Positions 47,601 to 59,600 of a stretch of DNA of 64,000 nt are shown one piece after another (position 1 is the first letter of the stretch; every line of letters begins with the position of its first letter). The position numbers and the translations under genes were made by a program. The stretch comes from Macrostomum lignano (taxonomy: Eukaryota): positions 100,197 through 164,196 of the forward strand of contig NIVC01001246.1 in NCBI GenBank assembly GCA_002269645.1. The letters are read 5' to 3'. The notes beneath the pieces are model-generated. The model saw only the letters and a program-made list of their open reading frames with translations, did not search any database and had not been told where the DNA came from.

Positions 47601-50600
47601 AATTATGCCTATTTTGACTTAGTGAGTCAGAGATTTTGTCAGCTTTGATTCTTTAGTCTGACTATTTGTCAGCTATGACTCGTGTGTCAGGCATGGTGAG
47701 TGTCAGCTATGACTCGTGTGTCAGGCATGGTGGGTGTCAGCTATGACTCATGTGTCAGGCATGGTGAGTGTCAGCTATGACTCGTGTGTCAGGCATGGTG
47801 GGTGTCAGCTATGACTCATGTGTCAGGCATGGTGAGTGTCAGCTATGACTCGTGTGTCAGACATGATGTCAGCTATGACTCATGTGTCAGGCATGGTGTC
47901 AGCTATGACTCATGTGTCAGGCATGGTGTCAGCTACGACTCAAGTGTCAGGCATGATGTCAGCTACGACTCATGTGTCAGGCATGATGTCAGCTACGTCT
48001 CATGTGTCAGGCATGATGTCAGCTACGACTCATGTGTCAGGCATGGTGTCAGCTACGACTCATGTGTCAGGCATGATGTCAGCTACGACTCATGTGTCAG
48101 GCATGATGTCAGCTATGACTCATGTCAGAGATAGTGTCAGACGTTGTGTCAGGTACTCAATACCCAGAGCACGAGGGTATTTTGCGCCCATCTCAACAGC
48201 AATCAGTCGGACCAAAAGTTAGCACTAACAACTGTTAATTTATAAAAAAGCAATTCCGTATACAAGAAATAATTTCGCTGATATCGATAAATGAGTGTCT
48301 TACTTCACGCAACTCTTTAGCAAGATTGCTATCAGAGTCTGACACAGTCTGCTCCTGTTGCTGTCTGTGCGACAACTGAGCTGTGTCAGCATTCGCTGAA
48401 CCCTGAGGACAGGCGCGAGATTTTGTTGTTTGAAATAAAATATTCACTCTAGCTTACTAAAAGTAGCTGGTTTAAGTTTTATGAAAAAACCAATCATAAG
48501 GCTGATTCCTGAAAAAAAGATTAGGGGCTGATTTCCGAAGGAGATTAGAGGCCGATTCCTGAAGGAGATTAGAGGTCGATTCCTAAGGGAGTTTAGAGGT
48601 CGATTCCTAAGGGAGTTTAGAGGCCGATTCCTGAAGGAGATTAGAGGCCGATTCGGAAGGGAGATTAGAGGCCGATTCCTGAAGGAGATTAGAGGTCGAT
48701 TCCTGAAGGAGATTAGAGGCCGATTCCTGAACGAGATTAGAGGCCGATTCCTAAAGGAGATTAGAGGCCGATTCCTGAAGGAGATTAGAGGCTGATTATC
48801 TGAACGAGATTAGAGGCCAATCTCTGAAGGAGATTAGAGGCTGATTATCTGAACGAGATTAGAGGCCGATTCCTGAAGGAGATTAGAGGCTGATTATCTG
48901 AACGAGATTAGAGGCCAATCTCTGAAGGAGATTAGAGGCCGATTCCTGAAGGAGATTAGAGGCTGATTCCTGAAGGAGATTAGAGGCCGATTCCTGAAGG
49001 AGATTAGAGGCCGATTCCTGAAGGAGATTAGAGGCCGATTCCTGAAGGAGATTAGAGGCCGATTCCTGAAGGGAGATTAGAGGCCGATTCCTGAAGGAGA
49101 TTAGAGGCCGATTCGGAAGGGAGATTAGAGGCCGATTCCTGAAGGAGATTAGAGGTCGATTCCTGAAGGAGATTAGAGGCCGATTCCTGAACGAGATTAG
49201 AGGCCGATTCCTAAAGGAGATTAGAGGCCGATTCCTGAACGAGATTAGAGGCCGATTCCTGAAGGAGATTAGAGGCCGATTCCTGAACGAGATTAGAGGC
49301 CGATTCCTGAAGGAGATTAGAGGCCGATTCCTGAACGAGATTAGAGGCCGATTCCTGAACGAGATTAGAGGCCGATTCCTGAAGGAGATTAGAGGCCGAT
49401 TCCTGAACGAGATTAGAGGCCGATTCCTGAAGGAGATTAGAGGCCGATTCCTGAACGAGATTAGAGGCCGATTCCTGAAGGAGATTAGAGGCCGATTCCT
49501 GAAGGAGATTAGAGGCCGATTCCTGAACGAGATTAGAGGCCGATTCCTGAAGGAGATTAGAGGCCGATTCCTGAACGAGATTAGAGGCCGATTTCTGAAC
49601 GAGATTAGACGCTGATTTCTGAACGAGATTAGAGGCCGATTCCGAAGGGAGATTAGAGGCCGATTCCTGAACGAGATTAGAGGCCGATTCCTGAACGAGA
49701 TTAGAGGCCGATTCCTGAACGAGATTAGAGGCCGATTCCTGAACGAGATTAGAGGCCGATTCCTGAACGAGATTAGAGGCCGATTCCTGAAGGAGATTAG
49801 AGGCCGATTCCTGAAGGAGATTAGAGGCTGATTATCTGAAGGAGATTAGAGGCCGATTCCTGAAGGAGATTAGAGGCCGATTCCTGAAGGAGATTAGAGG
49901 CTGATTTCTGAAGGAGATTAGAGGCCGATTCCTGAAGGAGATTAGAGGCCGATTCCTGATGGAGATTAGAGGCCGATTCCTGAAGGGAGATTAGAGGCCG
50001 ATTCCTGAAGGAGATTAGAGGCTGATTTCTGAAGGAGATTAGAGGCCGATTCCTGAACATTAGAGGCCGATTCCGAAGGGAGATTAGAGGCCGATTCCTG
50101 AAGGAGATTAGAGGCTGATTCCTGAAGGAGATTAGAGGCCGATTCCTGAAGGAGATTAGAGGCCGATTCCTGAAGGCATTTAGAGGCCGATTCCTGAAGA
50201 TGCTTTCAGGGACTGCTGAAGATCCTGAAGGCAGCTCACCTCTCGCAGCTCGCGAATGAGCCTCTCATCTTCTGTCTCAGCTTTGCTGGCGCTCCTCTCG
50301 GCCGCCGCCCGCTGCCGCTGCCGCAAGGCCACGCTCTCCCGCAGGGTGTTGCTGAGGGTCCGCTGCAGCTGCTGCTGCTGCTGCTGCCTTCCTCTATCGC
50401 TGGGCGCAGAATCCTCCTCATCATCGGGGCCTCCGTTGCCAATCAAATTTGGCCGATAGGCGGTGCCCTGAACTCCGCCGCTGAGCGCTGAGGAGTCAGT
50501 CGCGACTGCCGAAGGTGCCGAGCTGACGTTTCCACCGCTGCCGCTGCCAAAGCCGCCGCTGCTGGTGAGGACCTCAGCGCGAGGTAAAGGACTCACGGCA

Positions 50601-53600
50601 GCTGGTTGCACCTCGAATACACCTGCGGAGTGTGGGATGTGGGGTGTGGGATGTGGACTGTGGGATGTGGTGTTTGACAATTGAAGAAGAATATTTGATA
50701 ATTTACGCAAACTGGGTCAATCCAGCTTACAGTTCAAGTACTATCGCAAAATTGTACTTTTAAATAAGGACGTCGCCGAAGACGTTGCGCCATGTTGGGC
50801 CGGGGTGAAATTTGGTCAAATCAAATTTATTGCAATATTACAAGCTTAAATCAGTTGATATTCAGTTGATATTTAAACAGTTCGACTTTGATAAGAATTT
50901 TACCTGCAGCCTCATCGATTCCGCCTGTTAATTGGTTAGTACACATGAGAATTCGGTGAAAAATTATCGGGTGTTTTTTCAGGATAAAACTGTTTTAAGA
51001 AAATTGAATTAAACAGAAACGCCTGTGCCCTGCCTACCTCTGCCAACAATGTTGAACTCCCTGCCGCCTCGCTGCAGGCCCGAATCTGCGTTGTCAGAAT
51101 CCAAGACTGATGCCGCTTGTATTGGCGAGCTCGAGTACGTACCTGCGAAGGTGTTAGATAGGGAAATCCCAGTGTGTTAGATAGGGAAATCCCAGTGTGC
51201 TAGATAGGGAAATCCCAGTGTGTTAGATAGGGAAATCCCAGTGTGTTAGATAGGGAAATCCCAGTGTGCTAGATAGGGAAATCTCAGTGTGTTAGATAGG
51301 GAAATCTCAGTGTGTTAGATAGGGAAATCTCAGTGTGTTAGATAGGGATATCCCAGTGTGTTAGATAGGGAAATCCCAGTGTGTTAGATAGGGATATCCT
51401 AGTGTGTTAGATAGGGATATCCCAATGTGTTAGATAGGGAAATCCCAGTGTGTTAGATAGGGAAATCCCAGTGTGTTAGATAGGGATATCCCAGTGTGTT
51501 AGATAAAGAAATCTCTGTGTTAGATAGGGAAATCTCAGGTTGCTAGATAGGGAAATCCCAGAGTGTTACATAGGGAAATCCCAGTGTGCTAGATAGGGAA
51601 ATCCCAGTGTGCTAGATAGGGAAATCCCAGTGTGCTAGATAGGGAAATCCCAGTGTGTTAGATAGGAAAATCCCAGTGTGTTAGATAGGGAAATCCCAGT
51701 GTGTTAGATAGGGAAATCCCAGTGTGCTAGATAGGGAAATCCCAGTGTGTTAGATAGGGAAATCCCAGTGTGTTAGATAGGGATATCCTAGTGTGTTAGA
51801 TAGGGATATCTTAGTGTGTTAGATAGGGATATCCCAGTGTGCTAGATAGGGAAATCCCAGTGTGTTAGATAGGGAAATCCCAGTGTGTTAGATAGGGAAA
51901 TCCCAGTGTGTTAGATAGGGAAATCCCAGTGTGTTAGATAGGGAAATCCCAGTGTGTTAGATAGGGATATCCTAGTGTGTTAGATAGGGAAATCCCAGTG
52001 TGCTAGATAGGGAAATCCCAGTGTGTTAGATAGGGAAATCCCAGTGTGTTAGATAGGGATATCCTAATGTGTTAGATAGGGAAATCCTAGTGTGTTAGAT
52101 AGGGATATCCTAGTGTGTTAGATAGGGAAATCCCAGTGTGCTAGATAGGGAAATCCCAGTGTGTTAGATAGGGAAATCCCAGTGTGTTAGATAGGGAAAT
52201 CCCAGTGTGTTAGATAGGGAAATCCCAGTGTGTTAGATAGGGAAATCCCAGTGTGTTAGATAGGGATATCCTAGTGTGTTAGATAGGGAAATCCCAGTGT
52301 GCTAGATAGGGAAATCCCAGTGTGTTAGATAGGGAAATCCCAGTGTGTTAGATAGGGATATCCTAATGTGTTAGACAGGGAAATCCTAGTGTGTTAGATA
52401 GGGATATCCTAGTGTGCTAGATAGGGATATCCCGGTGTGTTAGATAGGGAAATCTCGTTGCTACGAACCTCGCAGATGCTTCCGCTGCTGCTGACGCCCG
52501 CGAACCACCGAGGCAGGTGGCGTCCCGCCGCTGCCGCTGCCGCCACCGTCGCCAAAGTCGCCGAAGCCGCTGCTGCTGGCCTGGTCGTCGCCGTAGGCGC
52601 GACCGACAACTTCGCTGTGGTAGGACGGGTTGGGCCGGAAGGTGGCGCCCTGATGAGGATTGTAGCGGGTCTGGGGCCCGCCTCCGGTGGCCTCCGGTGG
52701 AAGGTCCTGCGCCTGAGGTGCTGTGCCGCTGCCACCGGAGCTGGCGAAATAAAACAATAGAATCCTGTTGTTGCTAGGGACAACAATCGTTGCAAGGGAT
52801 AACAATCGTTGCTAGGGATAACAATCGTTGCAAGGGATAACAATCGTTGCTAGGGATAACAATCGTTGCTAGGGATAACAATCGTTGCTAGGACAACAAT
52901 CGTTGCTAGGGATAACAATCGTTGCAAGGGATAACAATCGTTGCTATAGGGATAACAATCGTTGCTAGGGATAACAATCGTTGCTAGGGATAACAATCGT
53001 TGCTAGGGATAACAAACGTTGCTAGGGATAACAATCGTTGCTAGGGATAACAATCGTTGCTAGGGATAACAATTGTTGTTAGGGATAAAAATAGTTGCTA
53101 GGGAAATTTTCTCACCTTTTTCCACCAGCGGCTCCGTGATTGGATTCGGCATTTTCGAAAACTTTCAAAGCCTTCTTCCTCGATGCAGAGTGCCGAATGT
53201 AGTGGAGCGAGCCGTTAATCTGAGAGTGCAGTGTAAGACAGGTCCATGGGTTCTAATTGCAGACTCAAGGTAAACCAGGTTCCGGAACCTGCTTAGACAA
53301 CAAAAAGTCTATTTATGAAAACATGCGACAGTTTTACTGTCTGTCCCAGACTTGCATATAAATGGAATTATAAGTTTTCAACCGTATTTCTTCCATCTCG
53401 TCAAAAAGAACTGCAATATTAGCAGCAGCATGCAAAACGAAAAAATACTGAAAATGTTCGACAGTTACTATGGAAACACAACGTCAACATTTCGAAAATT
53501 CTGCACGTGACAGAGGCGCAGAATTCTGTCAATAATTTGTGTAATTTTGTGGGATAGAGTCAAATGGAAAATCAAATAGTTGAATGATCCAGCAAATTTT

Positions 53601-56600
53601 GGAACGAAATGAAAAGTTGTTACCAGGCAATTACTCAACATTTGGTACTGCGGAGATGTGGAATATGGAGTGTGGTAACTGGAGTGTGGTAACTGGAGTG
53701 TGGTAACTGGAGTGTGGTAACTGGAGTGTGGTAACTGGAGTGTTGAAACTGGAAAGTGGTAACTGGAGTGTGGTAACTGGAGTGTGGTAACTGGAGTGTG
53801 GTAACTGGAGTGTTGAAACTGGAAAGTGGTAACTGGAGTGTGGTAACTGGAGTGTGGTAACTGGAGTGTTGAAACTGGAGTGTGGTGTTTGGAGTGTGGT
53901 AACTGGAGTGTTGAAACTGGAGTGTGGTGTTTGGATTGTGGTAACTGGAGTGTGGTGTTAAAAGTGTGGTAACTGGAGTGTGGGGTTTAAAGTGTGGTAA
54001 CTGGAGTGTGGTGCTTAAAGTGTGGTAACTGGAGTGTGGTGTTTGGAGTGTGTTAACTGGAGTGTGGGGTTTGGAGTGTGGTAACTGGAGTGTGGTGTTT
54101 GGAGTGTGGTAACTGGAGTGTGGTGTTTGGAGTGTGGTAACTGGAGTGTAGTGTTTAAAGTGTGGTAACTGGAGTGTTGTGTTTGGAGTGTCGTAACTGG
54201 AGTGTGGTATTTAGTGGTAGGGTGGTGTTTAAAGCATTTCCCATACTGCCTCTCCGGCATTCAGGCTGCAGCAGCAGTCACTGGTGCGTCAGCCAGACAA
54301 CGTTCACAATTTAACATGCAATAAATTTATGAAAATATGAATCTGTATAAAACCAATTCTGGGACAGTTAATTGCCATTGGCATTAGGCCAGACCTGGGA
54401 TTCATTTTTAGGGTTCAACTGGAACACACGACTGCACGAGCGGTTGCTATGGAGATAGCAACCAGTTCCAATGATGCAGTGATGCAACTGCTGCAAGATT
54501 ATCATAGAGACCGCTTGTTAGCTTTGCATCCTCCTTAATAAAAGTGCACTATTTTGACATTACAGTAGTGAAAATTATGTAAAATTAAAACATTATTCGC
54601 TAGATTAGTAATGCAGCATTTCATTGCTTCATCTAGATTAGCAATCCATTCTATTCTCAATAGACTGCAAAGAGAATAGATTAGCAATCCATTCTATTCC
54701 CAATAAACTGCAAAGAGAATAGATAAGCAATCCATTCTATTCCCAATACACTCAAAAGAGAATAGATTAGCAATCCATTCTATTCCCAATACACTAAAAG
54801 GCATTAGACTGGGCAAAACTAGTTAGTTTTCTCACCTCTTCTGGCGGTGGGTGCTCCTCTGCTGCATCAATTTGGCTGCCCCTAGTAGAGGACGGAGCGG
54901 TAGAACTTGCTGTGGAGTAGTTTGCGGCCGCAGCACCCACTCCGGAGTCGGATGGCGGGTTCGACGGCCCGGCGGTCGCTCGTTTCGGCTTTTTGCCAGC
55001 CGAACGAGCCAACTGCGGTTTCATGGGCACCGGGGAGGCCGCCTCCGCTGCTGCAAGGGGAGAACGGGACACAAAAATGACTGATATAGCATCGAAGGAT
55101 TAAGTAAGGTTTTAATACCGTCTGAATGGGATTTGCCACAGTCTTAATAGGAGTTTAGTTCCATCTAAACGATTTTAGTTCTGTCTGAAGGAGTTTAGTT
55201 CCGTCTGAAGGAGTTTAGTTCCGTCTGAATGGGATTTAGTTCCGTCTGAATGGGATTTAGTTCCATCTGAATGGGATTTAGTTCCATCTGAATGGGATTT
55301 AGTTCCATCTGAATGGGATTTAGTTCCATCTGAATGGGATTTAGTTCCATCTGAATGGGATTTAGTTCCATCTGAATGGGATTTAGTTCCATCTGAATGG
55401 GATTTAGTTCCATCTGAATGGGATTTAGTTCCGTCTGAATGGGATTTAGTTCCATCTGAATGGGATTTAGTTCCATCTGAATGGGATTTAGTTCCATCTA
55501 AATGGGATTTAGTTCCGTCTGAAGGGTTTTAGTTCCGTCTGAAGGAGTTTAGTTCCGTCTGAAGGAGTTTAGTTCCGTCTGAAGGAGTTTAGTCCCGTGT
55601 GAAGGATTTTAGTTCCATCTGAAGGCATTTAGCAACGTCTGAATGAGATTTGGTACCATCTGAATGGGATTTAGTTCCATCTGAATGAGAATTAGAAACG
55701 TCGTCTGAAGGGTAACCAATGACATTAGTTAGCGTGTTGAGCAGCAGCTTCTGACAGTATAGCTACTCAATTAATGTCAGAATGAAGTCGTTTGAGCATG
55801 TTGGACTTCACAGGAAATTGAGACGCAGACTTGCTGTAATTATATAGCTCTGTTTGGAAAATTAAGGAGTGAAAAGGAAGCTGAGACGAGGACAGGGAAC
55901 GCAGAAACCGTCAGCCGGTCGTTTTCGACCCAGCCAAAATTGCCATTAATTGCGTGTTTTTTGCTTCTATTTGGAGACGCAGCTCTGCGCTTTCGCCTGC
56001 AGATGTTGACAGGAAAATTTGACCTCCTAGTAAACAGCATCGAATATGATGGTGCATTGATGGCAACGGTGCGATACAGACTGCCCTGGACTTTGAAGGG
56101 AACGGAATATATATCTCTCTCCGTCTCTGCCCCCTCACTCTCTCCTTAAGCATCACTCTCCTTCTCCCTCCCCCTTACTATCTCTCTCGCTCCCTCTCAC
56201 TCCTTCTCTACCCCCCCCCCAAACTCTCCCACTTTCCTTCCCCCACTCAGCTCCCTCTATCCTCCCCCACTCTCCTTTCCCCCACTCTCCCTCTCTCCCT
56301 CCCCCCACTCTCCCTCTCTCCCTCCCTCACTCTCCCTCTCTCCCTACCTTCACTCTCCCTCTCTCCTTCCCCTGTCTCCCTCCCCCCACTCTCCCTCTCT
56401 CCCTCCCCTCACTCTCCCTCTCTCCCTACCTTCACTCTCCCTCTCTCCTTCCCCTGTCTCCCTCCCCCCACTCTCCCTCTCTCCCTCCCCCACTCTCCCT
56501 CTCTCCCTCCCCCCACTCTCCCTCTCTCCTTCCCCTCACTCTCCCTCTCTCCCTACCCTCACGCTCCCTCTCTCCTTCCCCTCACTCTCCCTCTCTCCCT

Positions 56601-59600
56601 ACCCTCACTCTCCCTCTCTCCCTACCCTCATGCTCCCTCTCTCCTTCCCCTCACTCTCCTCTCTCCCTACCCTCACTCTCCCTCTCTCCCTACCCTCATG
56701 CTCCCTCTCTCCTTCCCCTCACTCTCCCTCTCTCCCTACCCTCACGCTCCCTCTCTCCTTCCCCTCACTCTCCCTCTCTCCCTACCCTCACGCTCCCTCT
56801 CTCCCTACCCTCACGCTCCCTCTCTCCTTCCCCTCACTCTCCCTCTCTCCCTACCCTCACTCTCCCTCTCTCCCTACCCTCACCCCCCTCTCTACCTCCC
56901 CCCCACTCCCCCCTCTCCCTCTCCCTCTCTCTACCTCCCCTTCACTCTAAAAAATTCACTATCAGCGTGAAAAGGCACAAAAATAGAATTTTATTTACAC
57001 AAAAAGATCTGTCTAAATTCTGCTTACCGTCTCCATTGCCCGAATCGTAGCTGGGGCCGCCCTGTCTTTTGTTTTTCGCTTCAGAGGCTGCCACAGAGTC
57101 TGTGTGGGTCAGAAATCAAATATAATATCTTATTTTAATATTCACGGGCAGGAAATACGACCCATAAAGTTCAAATTTATGTCCGAAAAATGTTGAGCAG
57201 TTAAACAAAACAAAAAATGCTATGTTAAACAGTTAGAAATGAGAACTGTGTCTCATCATTGTAAAGCTTTAATAATTTTTTATTACAGATATTCACGTCA
57301 TAATTAACTTCGCTACAGTATCATTTTCAAATCGCTACAATGAAAATATTTTTTTTTTATTTTGAGAACTACTCATAAATTATCCCGCATTTTAGATCTA
57401 CAAAACACCGGACACTGGCGGAGGGATAAGGAGAGGGGAGAGAAAGACCGATACGAAACGAGAGAGAGAGGGAGAGATAGGGAGAGATGGAGACAGGGAA
57501 TGAGAGAGGGAGACAGGGAATGAGAGAGGGAGACAGGGAGGGAGGGAGAGAGGGAGAGAGAGGGAGAGAGGAGAGAGGGAGGGAGGGAGGGAGAGAGGGA
57601 GAGAGAGGGAGAGAGGAGAGAGGGAGGGAGGGAGAGAGGGAGGGAGGGAGGGAGAGGGGAGAGAGAGGGAGAGAGGGAGAGAGGGAGGGAGGGAGAGAGG
57701 GAGGGAGGGAGGGAGAGAGGGAGAGAGAGGGAGAGAGGGAGTGAGAGAAGGAGGGAATGAGAGAGGGAGAGAGGGAGGGAGGGAGAGAGGGAGGGAGGGA
57801 GGGAGAGGGAGAGAGAGGGAGAGAGGGAGTGAGAGAAGGAGGGAATGAGAGAGGGAGAGAGTGAGGGAGGGAGAGAGGGAGGGAATGAGAGAGGGAGGGA
57901 ATGAGAGAGGGAGAGAGGGAGAGAGGGAGAGAGGGAGAGAGAGGAAGGGAGTGAGAGAGGGAGAGAAGAAAGGAAAAGGGGAGATGGAGGCAGTGAAAAG
58001 TGAATGCAATCCAATCAGCTACAAGAACCTTTCGAATTGACTCTCGCCAAAGATTTTGCCGGGATGGCAGCCTGCACTTGTGGCAGCTGCTGCTGCTGCT
58101 GTTGCTGCTGCTGTGGTAGCTCTTTTGAAGCAGAAATTTTGTCAGAAAATTTCGATTTCGCTGCAAGAAAGATTCGATAGGGACTTACGAAAGCAAATTA
58201 TTCATAGTTTCATACCTGGTTGTTACACTCTTATAGTAGAGTAGAAGAAATTTAATAACTTGTGCAGAAATGTTCATTCCGATTTTAAAACGAGCAAAAT
58301 TGCTAGTTGAAAGTGCCGCCAATGATTGCAAATAATTCTATAAAAATATTGATTATTAATTGTAAACATGCAAAGCTATGGGGAACTGATTCCTTTTAAT
58401 TGTTTTGATATACCATAGTTTAATTTTGTTGGTGTATCTAAGCACCACATCCCACATACTGCCATCTGGTGGTCAAATCAGGTGATTTTCAATATCTTCT
58501 TGTTTGACTCCCCTATGATCCTAAACTGACGCCTCTATGATCCTGAGCTGACGCCTCTATGATCCTGAGCTGACGCCTCTATGATCCTGAACTGACGCCT
58601 CTATGATCCTGAGCTGACGCCTCTGTGATCCTGAACTGACACCTCTATGATCTTGAACTGACGCCTCTATGATCCTGAGCTGACGCTTCTATGATCCTGA
58701 ACTGACGCCTCTATGATCCTGAGCTGACGCCTCTATGATCCTAAATTGACGCCTCTATGATCCTAAACTGACGCCTCTATGATCCTGAGCTGACGCCTCT
58801 GTGATCCTGAGCTGACGCCTCTATGATCCTGAGCTGACGCCTCTATGATCCTAAACTGACGCCTCTATGATCCTGAGCTGACGCCTCTATGATCCTGAGC
58901 TGACGCCTCTATGATCCTGAGCTGATGCCTCTATGATCTTGAACTGACGCCTCTATGATCTTGAACTGACGCCTCTATGATCTTGAACTGACGCCTCTAT
59001 GATCTTGAACTGACGCCTCTATGATCCTGAGCTGACGGAAGTCTGTGTGACAGTAATTAGCATATACGTTTAGAGCTTTATTCTATTCGTTTTTAATTTA
59101 ATCCGACTTATATGGACAAGCCGGTGGTTAGCAATGGCGCAATCACAATTTCACGAGGCCAAAAAATTAATTAAGTAATAATTAATGCAATCACACACTG
59201 CAGTGCCCATTCACACTCGGGAAAATATGTGGACTGGTGTTGTTCGGAAATAATTTTCAACGTGCTTAAAAATGGATTTAGTAAGCTGAATTTAGTTGCT
59301 TTGAGAAGGGGGGGCCTCACCAGAGGCTCTTTTCTGTTGTTGTTGCTTTGGGATTGCTGGCAGCTTGCCGGCAGAGCCCTCTTGATCAGGTGCAGCCTGC
59401 TGAGGCTGAGAAGAGGCCACTGATCGGCTTGTCGAAGGCAAGTCATCAAGCACGTCGGAGGTAATGAGTTCGGGTCGTTTGACTTTACTAGTCGAGGTTT
59501 CGACTGCTTTTCCAAGTTTTTCAAATAGGAACCTTTAGCGGTGGGACCGCTGTTCCACTGGTTGCCTGCGCGTTAGATGCGGTTAGGCTTAGAAATTCGT

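Noticed and set aside
55840-56156. Extra TOGARAM1 exon near 55900-55998
   Set aside because: No frame joined the neighbouring phase-1 junctions without a stop, and exon 57028-57099 joins 55050 directly.
58456-58475. Near-perfect CTCF-like motif (reverse complement TGACCACCAGATGGCAGTAT)
   Set aside because: It is a single short match that can arise by chance in 64 kb, and CTCF is thought to be absent from flatworms. Nothing else supports it.
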